A stretch of DNA of 64,000 nucleotides, from assembly GCA_963733715.1 (NCBI GenBank), contig CAVTEN010000039.1:13074-77073 (forward strand), read 5' to 3'. Position numbers and translations under genes: made by a program. The stretch comes from an uncultured delta proteobacterium (lineage in GTDB: Bacteria > Desulfobacterota > Binatia > Binatales > Binataceae). Position 1 is the first letter of the stretch, and every line of letters begins with the position of its first letter. Positions 47,557 to 58,549 of this stretch are shown piece by piece. The notes beneath the pieces are model-generated. The model saw nothing but the letters and a program-made list of their open reading frames with translations. It was not told where the DNA came from and did no database searches.

Positions 47557-49371
47557 CTACGGTATTGGGTTCGGCGAGGGCAAAGGCGAAGCCTGGCAAA
47601 TAGCCGCCGCGCACGTCGGCAGAGGCATCGGAGCGGGAATGAGAACGTTATTCCCCTGGGTCGTAGCCGAACCGCCCGTCATACAGGTACCGGTAAAGGT
47701 ATTGATGTCGGGATACGGTGTGGTGAAGCCATCGTTTAGCGTTTGCATGAAGGCAACGATCTGGTTCTCCTCCGTATCGCTCAAGCCGAGGTTTCCGACC
47801 GTCATGTCGATATTGTTCGGGACTTCGGGCTGCGGCCAGCAGTCGACCTTTTCAGTTTTTCCCTGTGGGCAGTTTCCGGAAGTGACGGGCTCCGGAAACA
47901 CGTCGCGCGTATTGTAGAAATGAACCAGTTGCTTGAGGCTCTTGGCGTAGCCGTTGTGAAATAATTCCTTCTGGAAGAACGGTATCGGATTCCCGTTCGC
48001 ATCGACCTGACCGGCCTCTGTGGTCGGACACTGGGGCGGCGTCAGGGCTACATCGCGCACGGTAGCGGTCTGCATCTGGCCGTCGGAAGTTGGTGCAAAT
48101 TGTGTGAAATTCGAGTCCGGATTGGGCGCCGAGCCAGGGCCGCTTCTAAGGAATGTGCCTAGTCCCAAATCTCTGAAGGCGAAGCCGAATGGATTCGGGG
48201 TAAACCCGAAGAAATCAGGTGTGGTCTGATAATAGAAAGCATCCCTGGGATTGAGCGGCAGTCCTAGATTGGCGTAGCCGAAGCAGGTGAACAGAGGCCT
48301 GGTAGACGCCGCGGCACCGGTGTCGGTCTGGCCCCCTGTCAGAGCGGTGGATCTTCCGTCGAGGTGGCAGGAATTGCAGTTGGCTTTGCCCTTGAAAAGA
48401 TTGTAGCCAGCCATCTCGTCTGCGCTCAGTGTGGCACTCCCTGCCAGGAAGGCGTCGAATTTCGAGGAAAAGGCGCTGACATCAATTGAGCGTTCGTAGA
48501 ATGAAACGGACTGGCCCCAGTGATCAAAAACATTGTTGGCCTTGGTGCGGTCATCGGGCTTTAGCTCCACTGGCTCGACGTTGGTGCCGAACACCGCCGC
48601 CCCTCCAGGGGTTTCGCAGATACTCTCGGTATTGTTCGGGAACTTGATATCGAGGGAATCGGCGCCCCATATCTCCTCGAAGAGAGGCGCGTACGCAGCC
48701 TGGGAGATCCGGAACGCGATGCAAGCCGTGTCGGGGAAGCCCATTTCCTGGGTATCAACCGGCGGATGCTGCGCCTGCTCGGCGTCGGGACTCTGCAGCT
48801 TGTATCCAGTCGAGCGCCCATCCCAGAAGTTTCCGCCAAAGAACGCGGCCTGCGTTGGGTCGAACTCGAACACCGGGAAATCGGGTGAATAGGTGTATCG
48901 CGGCGCGGTCCGCTTTCCGGCCCTGAAGTGAAACGTTCCCGGATACGCGATCATCGTCAGATTGACCGACGGGATCGGTCCGCTGAAGGCGACGTACGGC
49001 ATGTGGCACGAAGCGCAAGCCTCATTCCTGAAAGGAGACATATTCAGATCGAAATTCAGCAGTTTGCCGAGCACTTCCACGGCTTGATATCCGCTGCCCT
49101 GAATGGTGGGAGGGTTACCTGTGATCATCGGCGTTGGTAACGCCGAAGCCTGTCCTAGCGCTTCATTTTCGATGAACCCAACTTCGCGCTGAACCCGTGC
49201 TATCTCAGAATCCAAATCGGCCGGTAGAATGCCAGACGGATACGGGTTGTAAATTGCAGGTGATGGTGTCGCGACAGGTTTTTCTGCCGATGTGAGATGA
49301 GGATTTACGAACAGCGTGGCCACAAGGATTGCACAGACCACCAATAGTGGCAGCAGTTTCATTCGTTTCAC
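47557..49371 (-). CDS. diheme cytochrome c peroxidase superfamily protein (MauG/BthA-like), copy 1
   Basis: Signal peptide; CASCH and CNSCH heme motifs; 'FWDGR'; 'FHNG...LVHFYNTRD'; 'GNLGL...E..IVAF..TL.DG'. Confidence 0.9.
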   Translation of the reverse strand: MKRMKLLPLLVVCAILVATLFVNPHLTSAEKPVATPSPAIYNPYPSGILPADLDSEIARVQREVGFIENEALGQASALPTPMITGNPPTIQGSGYQAVEVLGKLLNFDLNMSPFRNEACASCHMPYVAFSGPIPSVNLTMIAYPGTFHFRAGKRTAPRYTYSPDFPVFEFDPTQAAFFGGNFWDGRSTGYKLQSPDAEQAQHPPVDTQEMGFPDTACIAFRISQAAYAPLFEEIWGADSLDIKFPNNTESICETPGGAAVFGTNVEPVELKPDDRTKANNVFDHWGQSVSFYERSIDVSAFSSKFDAFLAGSATLSADEMAGYNLFKGKANCNSCHLDGRSTALTGGQTDTGAAASTRPLFTCFGYANLGLPLNPRDAFYYQTTPDFFGFTPNPFGFAFRDLGLGTFLRSGPGSAPNPDSNFTQFAPTSDGQMQTATVRDVALTPPQCPTTEAGQVDANGNPIPFFQKELFHNGYAKSLKQLVHFYNTRDVFPEPVTSGNCPQGKTEKVDCWPQPEVPNNIDMTVGNLGLSDTEENQIVAFMQTLNDGFTTPYPDINTFTGTCMTGGSATTQGNNVLIPAPMPLPTCAAAICQASPLPSPNPIP

Positions 49372-49904
49372 GATCAGACTCCTCCATGAAACTCAATGGT
49401 TGAAGCTCCCGGGCGTTTTTTGCGAATGAAGTATTCGAACGGATCGCCAGATTGGGGCGTGAAAACTCGCTTCACAGAATTTCGCGGGTCGAAGACATCG
49501 GGAGAGATATATCGGGAATTTCTCAGGCGGTCGGTGCCGGGATTTTTCAGCGCTCCTGATTCGATGATGCATTACATCTTCTGGATGGCTCGTCCGATTC
49601 GCGGCCGAACGGCCGTTACAGCATTGGCTCCAGAAGCCACAATGGATGACGGTTGAGCCGAAGTGCTCAAGAGGCAGGAACGGGAGTTCGGTTTGCGGCC
49701 CACGCGCAAGTGCCGGCCGTGAAAGTAGCGTTCACAGCCACGAGCATCGCCTTCACGCGTATCGCAAAAAGGGTTTGGAAAATGTGGTACCCACACCGCC
49801 ATCCGCGAGACCGGCGCGATCCGAATCAGGATCGCGCCGGTTTGCTTGTCGGGTAATGACAGCAGTATCGGCGCGAGGCTATCGTTGCGCCGATTGTGCC
49901 TGCG

Positions 49905-50327
49905 CTATTGGAGCGTGGTGAACCGCTCAACCGAGCTCTTCACGCCGTCGCTCTTGCCAGTCGCCTGCATGGAGTCGACTGTGTAGTAGTAGGTCGTTCC
50001 CGGATTGAGGCCCAACACGCGCACGCGGAAAACCGTATCCGGATGGCTCCGGTTCAGCCTGATGGGAGATTTCGCCATCTGGTTCAAGTTCTGCGGATCT
50101 GTACCGAAGTGCACGATGCCCAAATGCTCGTCGGTACCTCCGGGGTTGTTGCTGGTCCACGTGATAATCGCCCAATTGCTCCTGGCCAATTCGAGCGACG
50201 GCCCTTGGCTGATCTGGACGCGCGCAGCGTTCTTCGCCGGAGGAAGTAGCTGAGCGATAGTTGGGTTGGAGTAGAGCAGTCCGCCGCTGACAACCATGAT
50301 CGCCAATATCAAAACCACTCTCTTCAT
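49905..50327 (-). CDS. small secreted fibronectin type III protein, copy 2
   Basis: Close paralog of 47022-47444 ('QGPSLELAR.NWAII.WTSNNPGG'). Confidence 0.85.
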   Translation of the reverse strand: MKRVVLILAIMVVSGGLLYSNPTIAQLLPPAKNAARVQISQGPSLELARSNWAIITWTSNNPGGTDEHLGIVHFGTDPQNLNQMAKSPIRLNRSHPDTVFRVRVLGLNPGTTYYYTVDSMQATGKSDGVKSSVERFTTLQ

Positions 50328-50394
50328 AATTCGAACCCCGGAGAGCATTGCTCGGTGAGAGTTGAACGACCCAACCTTAACCGCCATCGACGCC

Positions 50395-50429
50395 GGCTCG
50401 TCCGCCCGCATTCGCGAGACGGACGAGCC
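50395..50429 (-). other. conserved intergenic RNA hairpin, copy 2
   Basis: Same stem as 47504-47536 with the loop changed from AAAT to GAAT and one extra G-C pair. Confidence 0.65.
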
Positions 50430-50471
50430 AGAGAAGGGATGTCTTGAGCATCCACAGTTCAGCGCCTTGAC

Positions 50472-52316
50472 CTATGGAATAGGACTCGGCCCAGGCGTTG
50501 GCGCGATACCGCAGATGGCAGATGCGCACGGCGGCAGAGGCATCGGAGCTGGGATGAGCGAGCTATTGCCCTGGGTCGCAGCCGTACCGCCCGTCATACA
50601 GGTACCCGTATAGGTTCCGATGTCTGGATACGGCGTTATGTAACCGTCCGTGAGCGTTTGCAGGAAGGTAACGATCTGGTTCTCCTCGGTGTCAGTCAAG
50701 CCCAGTTTTCCGACCGTCATGTCGAGATTGTTCGTGACCTCGGGCGTCGGCCAGCAGTTTACCTTTTCGACTGTTCCTGCCGGGCAGTTTCCGGAAGTGA
50801 CGGGCTCCGGAAACACGTCGCGCGTGTTGTAGAAATGAACGAGTTGCTTCAGGCTCTTGATGTAGCCGTTGTGAAAGAACTCCTTCTGGAAGTAGGGCCC
50901 GGGTGCCTCGGTAGTGGGACACTGTGGCGGCGCCAGGCCCACATCGCGCGCGCTGGAGGTCTGCATTTGGCCGTCGGTCAACGGCGCATACTGTGTCCAT
51001 GCCGAGTTTGGATTATCCCAAGTGCCGAAGCCGCTCCTCAGGAAAGTGCCAAATCCCAAATCCCGGTACCCGAAGCCGTAAGGATTGGGCGTAAATCCGT
51101 AAAAATCCGGCGTGGTTTGATAGTAGAAAGCATCCCTTGGGTTGAGCGGCAGACCTAGATTCGAGTAGCCGAAGCAAGTGAACAGAGCCCTGGTAAGCGC
51201 CGGGGTTCCAGTGTCGGTCTGGCCTGGTGTCAGGGTAGTGGATAGTCCGTCGAGATGGCATGAATTGCAATTGCCTTTGCCGTTGAAGAGCGCGTAACCC
51301 GCCGCCTCGTCTGACGTCATGGTGTAGTTGCCCGCTATAAAGGCGTCGTACTTCGAGGTGAACGCGCTGACCCTAATTGAGCGCTCGTAGAAAGAAACGG
51401 ACTGCGCCCAATGATCGAAAGCATTGTTGGCCTTGGTGCGATCCTCGGGCTTTAGCTGAACTGGCTCGACGTTCGTGCCGAACACCGACGCCCCTCCGGG
51501 GGTTTCGCAGATACTCTCGGTATTGTTCGGGAACTTGATATCGAAGAGGGAACCGGCGCCCCATACCGCCTCGAAGAGAGGTGCGTAAACAGACTGGGAA
51601 ATCCGGTACGCGATGCAAGCAGTATCGGGGAAGCCCATTTCTTGCGTATCAACCGGGGGGCCCTGCGACTGGTTGGCGTCAGCACTCTGCAGCTTGTAAC
51701 CGGTCGCTCGTCCGTCCCAGAAATTTCCGCCAAAGAACGCGGCCAAGGGTACCGGCGGTGTCTGATTGACCAGTGCTGGGTCGAGCTCGAGTACAGGAAA
51801 ATCTGGAGCGTAGGGGTATCGTTGCGCGGTCCGCTTTCCGGCCCTGAAGTGAAAGGTTCCCGGATACGCGATCATCGTCAGGTTGACCGACGGGATCGGC
51901 CCACTGAAGCCGGCGTACGGCATGTGGCAGGAAGCGCACGCCGTATTCCTGAAGGGGGATATGTTCAGATCGTAATTCAGCAGTTTGCCGAGCACTTCTA
52001 TTGTTTGATATCCGCTGCCGTGAATAATCGGAGGGTTAGTCGTAAACGTGAGCGGTGGCAACGTGGCAGACTCACCGAGCGCCTCATTTTCGATGCCAGT
52101 AATTTCGCGCTGAACCCTCATTAACTCCGAATTCAGGTCGTCCGGTAGAATGCCAGACGGCACGGCAGACGGAATGTCAGACGGGTACGGGTTGTAAAGC
52201 ATTGGTGATGGAGTAGCTATCGGTTTTTTTGCTGATATGGGCGGAGGACCGATGAACAGCGTAGCCACGAGGATTGCAAGGACCGCCGATAGTGGTATCA
52301 ATCTCATTCGTTTCAT
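50472..52316 (-). CDS. diheme cytochrome c peroxidase superfamily protein (MauG/BthA-like), copy 2
   Basis: CASCH and CNSCH; 'FWDGR'; 'FHNGYIKSLKQLVHFYNTRD'; close paralog of copy 1. Confidence 0.9.
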   Translation of the reverse strand: MKRMRLIPLSAVLAILVATLFIGPPPISAKKPIATPSPMLYNPYPSDIPSAVPSGILPDDLNSELMRVQREITGIENEALGESATLPPLTFTTNPPIIHGSGYQTIEVLGKLLNYDLNISPFRNTACASCHMPYAGFSGPIPSVNLTMIAYPGTFHFRAGKRTAQRYPYAPDFPVLELDPALVNQTPPVPLAAFFGGNFWDGRATGYKLQSADANQSQGPPVDTQEMGFPDTACIAYRISQSVYAPLFEAVWGAGSLFDIKFPNNTESICETPGGASVFGTNVEPVQLKPEDRTKANNAFDHWAQSVSFYERSIRVSAFTSKYDAFIAGNYTMTSDEAAGYALFNGKGNCNSCHLDGLSTTLTPGQTDTGTPALTRALFTCFGYSNLGLPLNPRDAFYYQTTPDFYGFTPNPYGFGYRDLGFGTFLRSGFGTWDNPNSAWTQYAPLTDGQMQTSSARDVGLAPPQCPTTEAPGPYFQKEFFHNGYIKSLKQLVHFYNTRDVFPEPVTSGNCPAGTVEKVNCWPTPEVTNNLDMTVGKLGLTDTEENQIVTFLQTLTDGYITPYPDIGTYTGTCMTGGTAATQGNSSLIPAPMPLPPCASAICGIAPTPGPSPIP

Positions 52317-52835
52317 GACCTAACTCCTCCACGAAACTCATTTGTTGAAACTCTCGGGCGTTTTCTTTGCGGATGAATTATCTCGGGCGTAGCACCTCAG
52401 TTATGGACCTGGCGTTAGACGCACATCTGCGCAGACGCTCTCCGCGCCCACACCTGGTCGGTTAAGTGGATTGGAATTGCGTACTCTGCTGGCGGGAACG
52501 AGTATTCACTCTGGACGCTCCAGAGAAACGGTTCGCAATTTTTTTCGGGCAACTTTGTGGACGTCCCTGTTGATCCTCCGGGACGTCCTTCGCGGAACGG
52601 CTCGCGAAATGGCTAAGGCCAGTTGAAAACGGCTCTTATTGATCCTGAATAGCGCCGCGGCGAAATTGGGTCAAGCGAAATTGATGGCTCCGCAAGAGAC
52701 CGTGAGCAAGATCGCCCTATGTACTTTTTGGCTGCTAACTGCTCCTAACAGTCGCATCGGCGCCGAACTGTCCGCGTCCCGCTTGCGCCAGCGCCATGTA
52801 AACAGCTAGGGATTTCTGCGGGGAATTCAATATTT

Positions 52836-53624
52836 ATGTTCACGCCGGTTGAAATCGTCATTGCCGTTGTCGTCCTTGCGGCAATGATCTTCGTTCCAAT
52901 TATGCGCCGATTGCTCGGACTGATTATCCGCCTTGCGGTTTTTTTCGTCGCGGTCGGAATCGTGGCCGCCGGGGTCACGATGATCATGAACAACGAAACG
53001 ATCTTCGAACGGCCGGGCATCGGGCAGCGCGTCGAAAGATTCCTCACGCTGAACTCCGCGGCCGCCAGCACAACCGGCTCGGGCTCGGTGACGTGCGTGA
53101 TTGAAAGTCCGCCACCGCCGGCGCCAACTGCTGTCGAGGCCAAGCCGCACAAGCACGCCGCGAAAAAAGAGCCTGAGATTCAAACCACTCGAAACGACTT
53201 GTCGAAGGCTGAGCCTGCTCCGCTCGATGATATCTTTCCCGAATTGATTCGCCGCGGCTTTCCCGGAATTTCGCGCGAGAAGCTGTTCCAGCTCTCGACC
53301 GATACGGTCAACTCGCTGGGCGGATGGAGGATCGCCAAATCCAGCCCGGGCAACTTTACTCTCGATACCATCTACACGTCGCGAATTTTCAAATTCGAGG
53401 ACGACGTAAGAATCACGATCGACCCGTCCGGCGATATTGAAGTATGCGCGCGTTCCGGCCTGGCGCGCCCCGGCACAACCTCATTACTGCGTTACTTCCC
53501 CGGCGACCTCGGCTCAAACGTCGGACACATCAAACAATTCTACGAAGTCCTCGAGCCAAAAATGGACGAGGTTTATAAGGAAGAGCAGGACAAGCAGAAC
53601 GCGAAGAAGCCCCCGCAGCAATGA
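52836..53624 (+). CDS. membrane-anchored DUF1499-like protein
   Basis: Two N-terminal TM helices; C-terminal 'FKFEDDV.I.I...I.V.ARS...GDLGSN..HI' resembles DUF1499. Confidence 0.65.
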   Translation: MFTPVEIVIAVVVLAAMIFVPIMRRLLGLIIRLAVFFVAVGIVAAGVTMIMNNETIFERPGIGQRVERFLTLNSAAASTTGSGSVTCVIESPPPPAPTAVEAKPHKHAAKKEPEIQTTRNDLSKAEPAPLDDIFPELIRRGFPGISREKLFQLSTDTVNSLGGWRIAKSSPGNFTLDTIYTSRIFKFEDDVRITIDPSGDIEVCARSGLARPGTTSLLRYFPGDLGSNVGHIKQFYEVLEPKMDEVYKEEQDKQNAKKPPQQ

Positions 53625-53653
53625 TCACGCTGCGCCGCTTCTTGTTCTTTTAT

Positions 53654-53695
53654 CTGGTCCCCCTTCCCGCGCGGGAAGGGGTTAGGGGTTAGGTT
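53654..53695 (+). repeat. REP family A copy 7
   Basis: CTGGT-CCCCCTTCCC-GCGC-GGGAAGGGG-TTAGGGG-TTAGGTT. Confidence 0.9.
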
Positions 53696-53768
53696 CTTCG
53701 ACGCATCCACACTTTCCGCCGCGCTCGCTTTTGACAACACGCACTCGATCCGGTCAAGCTGTGATCGT

Positions 53769-54044
53769 ATGGCGATGCGGGAGGCTCAGATCGATGCGCT
53801 TGCGACTCATCTCGTGAATGGGTTGATCGATCGCGGCGTGATCAAACCCAAGGCCGACGTCAAGGAACTGATCGCGTGCGTGGTCGAGCTGATGTCGGAG
53901 AATTTCGAGACCGAAGCGCAAATCGACGAAGAAGCCGACAAGATGGCGGAGGTCGAAGCCCGCCGGGACACGCGCCTCGACGTCACGCGGCTACGGAACC
54001 TGATTCGCCAGCGTCTGGCCGAGAAGAAAAACTTCACGCTCTAA
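53769..54044 (+). CDS. DUF507 family protein
   Basis: 'E.QID.LA..LV..L','ENF..E..IDEEA','R.RLA.KK.F.L'. Confidence 0.75.
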   Translation: MAMREAQIDALATHLVNGLIDRGVIKPKADVKELIACVVELMSENFETEAQIDEEADKMAEVEARRDTRLDVTRLRNLIRQRLAEKKNFTL

Positions 54045-54047
54045 TCC

Positions 54048-54326
54048 ATGAAACTTACCGAAGCACGAGTCCTGTTCCTGGCGCGCGAGTCATTGGCAAA
54101 ATTGCGCGACGAGGGCCTGGCCGAGATCACAAACTTTCCACTCGCACTCCGGCAGGCGCGCGAAATCGTCGCGCAGTTCAACGAGCAAGGCGACGAAATC
54201 GACGCGATCGTGCGGCGCAAGATCAATTCGATCAAACGCGGCATCGTCGAAGGCTCCAACGAATGGACCCTGCTGTACAAACGCTACCGCGACGAAGAGA
54301 TGCGGAAGAAGGGGCCGCAGAGGTAG
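54048..54326 (+). CDS. DUF507 family protein
   Basis: 'MKL.E.RV.FLA...L..L','ID..VR.KI.S.KR.I.EGS.EW..LY.RY..EE'. Confidence 0.85.
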   Translation: MKLTEARVLFLARESLAKLRDEGLAEITNFPLALRQAREIVAQFNEQGDEIDAIVRRKINSIKRGIVEGSNEWTLLYKRYRDEEMRKKGPQR

Positions 54327-54696
54327 AAGTCGCCGGCGGGGAACATAATTAAATGTGAAACCCGCGGTGGGTTTCACGCTTCCTTCGGCAGGGGTGACCC
54401 CTGCACCCAGTGCTAATCGCAAAATGGCGAGGACGCCCTTTTGCTCTCAGCTTCTTTTCCTGTGTCATTCAGTTCTTGTGTCATTCAGAGCGAAAGCTGC
54501 TGTAGCGAAGAATCCCGGTCCGAATTACCTCTCCCGCGGACGGCGACTTGTCGCCGCCCGCAAACCGGGAGAGGTCGTCTGACGACATTCATGTCGTCGG
54601 ACGGGTGAGGGCCTCGGCATCGCGCTGAATACGAGCGCCTTCACCCGCCGCTTCGCGCGTACCGCCTCCCGGCTGCGCTTTGATACACTCACCAAC

Positions 54697-55026
54697 ATGG
54701 ACGACAACGAATTTCGCGAGCGTTCCGATGCTGCGCTCACCAAGGTCGCGAAGTGGCTCGAGGACCTCGATCCTGACGAAGTGGATTACACCACTGCCGA
54801 CGGCATCGTGACGATCGAGTTCGCGGGCGGCGCGAAGTTTATTTTGTCGCGGCAATCGCAGATGAAACAGATGTGGCTGGCGGCCGGCTCTCATGGGTTC
54901 CACTACAATTGGGATGCGGCGCGCAACTTGTGGATCGACGACAAGGACGGCCACGAATTGTTCCCACGCCTGACCGAAACGATATCCGAGCAACTCGGGC
55001 ATCCTGTCGATGAGCCTGGACACTGA
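54697..55026 (+). CDS. cyaY: iron donor protein CyaY (frataxin)
   Basis: 'MDD.EF...SD..L', 'GIVTIEF..G.K.ILSRQ....QMWLA..SHG.HY'. Confidence 0.88.
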   Translation: MDDNEFRERSDAALTKVAKWLEDLDPDEVDYTTADGIVTIEFAGGAKFILSRQSQMKQMWLAAGSHGFHYNWDAARNLWIDDKDGHELFPRLTETISEQLGHPVDEPGH

Positions 55027-56167
55027 CGTAATCGTAATTGGAGCAGGGCCGGGAGGATGTGCGGCTGCAATCAGGCTGGCTAGCGCCGGGTACGACGTGA
55101 TCGCGCTCGAGCGCAAGGAACGCGAGGACGGCGAAGATATCACGTCAGGCGAAGTGATGGTCGTGCCGACGCAGAACGAATGCGCGCAGCTCGCGGTTAA
55201 GTTCGAAGGCGACTGGGTCCTCGACCGAATCACCGGCTTCCGCAACGTCTATCCCGATCTGTCCTGGACGTATCATCCGATTCCCGCGAAGGTATTTCCG
55301 GTGCAGGTTGATCGCGGCGGATTCAATGCCGCGCTCCGTCGCAGGTTGATCGAAGCCGGCGGGCGGCTGGTCTGGAACGCGCGTGTCACCGACCTGGAAT
55401 TTCGCGACGATGCCGCAATCGCGATCACGGCCGACCTCAAGCGCTACTCAGCGCGCATGCTGATCGACGCCGGCGGACGTTACGCGCCGTCGCTGCGCGC
55501 TCTGAATCTGAAGTCCGAGGATCCGGAGTTCTCGCAAATCGGCGTCGCCGTCTTCTTCAAGTCGTTCGACGGCACGCCCCTCAATACGTGGGACCGCCAT
55601 CTGTACGGCGTGCGCGGCGCGATGATCAGCGGCTCGCGCATTCGGCCGGGGCTGTATCGATATATCCTCGAAGCGGATCTCGCCGAGAAACAAAGCGACC
55701 GGCTCGGCGCGATCGAATTTTACGAGTCAGTCGCACGGCATCATGATGCGTGGCTCTACGAACGCGTGATGCGAGAGCCGCGGGTGGGCCGGCAATGGTC
55801 GATGGCGCCGCTCGGGTATCGCGTGAGCGACGTCGCGCGCGACCGACTGCTTTTGGTTGGAGATGCGGCAGGATATCTCTCGCCGATAACAGGGCAGGGC
55901 AACGAATTCGCGCTGCGGACAGGGCGCCTGGCTGCAAGTGCCGCCGATGAGGCTTTGCGAGGCGGCGATCTATCGGCAGGAGCGTTCGCGTCGTACATCG
56001 CGGGCCGCAGATTCGAGGTCGAGCGCCAGGTCGATTACGTCCGAGCGCAGTTGCGAATCCTGCGCGACCCCGCCGCGCTGCTGAGGGCGTCGCGGGATGA
56101 TGCGTATCGCGCGCAAATTTTCGGTCCATATGGGATCCCTGCGAGTGATCGCGGCTCCCTGGTTTAA
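55010..56167 (+). CDS. FAD-dependent oxidoreductase (geranylgeranyl reductase-like)
   Basis: 'VIVIGAGPGG','VDRG.F...L','IDA.G','LLVGDAAG...P.TGQG'. Confidence 0.88.
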   Translation: MSLDTDVIVIGAGPGGCAAAIRLASAGYDVIALERKEREDGEDITSGEVMVVPTQNECAQLAVKFEGDWVLDRITGFRNVYPDLSWTYHPIPAKVFPVQVDRGGFNAALRRRLIEAGGRLVWNARVTDLEFRDDAAIAITADLKRYSARMLIDAGGRYAPSLRALNLKSEDPEFSQIGVAVFFKSFDGTPLNTWDRHLYGVRGAMISGSRIRPGLYRYILEADLAEKQSDRLGAIEFYESVARHHDAWLYERVMREPRVGRQWSMAPLGYRVSDVARDRLLLVGDAAGYLSPITGQGNEFALRTGRLAASAADEALRGGDLSAGAFASYIAGRRFEVERQVDYVRAQLRILRDPAALLRASRDDAYRAQIFGPYGIPASDRGSLV

Positions 56168-56182
56168 GGACATCTCCTTGAT

Positions 56183-56250
56183 AGTGGGGCGGGCCGCCGT
56201 GCCCGCCATCGACTCGCGGAGGGGAGGCGGGCACGGCGGCCCGCCCCACT
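56183..56250. repeat. perfect 25-bp inverted doublet (REPIN-like)
   Basis: AGTGGGGCGGGCCGCCGTGCCCGCC (56183-56207) and its exact reverse complement (56226-56250). Confidence 0.85.
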
Positions 56251-56355
56251 CAATGAAACAGCCCCACTGCTGACTGAAACCCAGGACACCAAACACCGCA
56301 ATCCACGACCTTATCCACAGGACTTGCAATTCTTTGGGATCTGGCTAAGATGCCG

Positions 56356-56410
56356 TTAGCACTCAGACGTTGCGAGTGCCAATTGACAAAACCCGGACAG
56401 TAATTAACTT
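56356..56410 (+). promoter_or_regulatory. CIRCE element (HrcA operator) abutting a sigma70 promoter
   Basis: TTAGCACTC-N9-GAGTGCCAA at 56356-56382, then TTGACA (56383-56388) and TAACTT (56405-56410), upstream of groES. Confidence 0.92.
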
Positions 56411-56476
56411 CCGACCGCGGGAATCGTCCCGTTAAGCAACACTTTTCGTAAGCCATAAGGAGGCTGCTGGTTCGCC

Positions 56477-56767
56477 ATGAAAGGATTAAGGCCATTGGGA
56501 GATCGAATTCTCGTCAAGCGCGTTAAGGAAGAGGAGCGGACCAAGGGTGGCATCATCATCCCGGACACCGCCAAGGAAAAACCGCAGGAGGGCAAAATCG
56601 TTGCCGTCGGCAAGGGCAAGTACAGCGACGACGGCAAGCTTATCCCGATCGAAGTGAAGCCGGGGGACAAAATTCTGTTCGGCAAGTATTCGGGCAGCGA
56701 GTTCAAGCTCGAGGGCGAGGACCTGCTCATCCTGCGCGAGGACGACATCCTGGGAATCATCGACTAG
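56477..56767 (+). CDS. groES: co-chaperonin GroES
   Basis: '[32 protein letters not shown]'. Confidence 0.98.
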   Translation: MKGLRPLGDRILVKRVKEEERTKGGIIIPDTAKEKPQEGKIVAVGKGKYSDDGKLIPIEVKPGDKILFGKYSGSEFKLEGEDLLILREDDILGIID

Positions 56768-56823
56768 GCAATCGCGCTCTTCAAATGAGTGCCAGTTTCT
56801 AACCACTAAAAAAAGAAAAATAG

Positions 56824-58476
<1,653 letters not shown>

Positions 58477-58500
58477 TTCAGGAACAAATCTGAGACTGAC

Positions 58501-58539
58501 ACAGCGGCGGAGCCATCGAGGTTCCGCCGCTGTTTTTTT
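58501..58539 (+). terminator. intrinsic terminator of groESL
   Basis: ACAGCGGCGGAGCC-ATCGA-GGTTCCGCCGCTGT followed by a T run. Confidence 0.9.
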
Positions 58540-58549
58540 GGAGAGCAGG

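Noticed and set aside
47557-52316. Methylamine utilisation (mauG) or methanobactin (mbnH) operon
   Set aside because: No mauABDE, mbnABC, mbnP or TonB receptor gene in the window; only superfamily-level similarity is supported.
56771-56795. Second CIRCE between groES and groEL (GCGCTC-N7-GAGTGCCA)
   Set aside because: The left arm is degenerate and the spacer is 7 rather than 9 nt.
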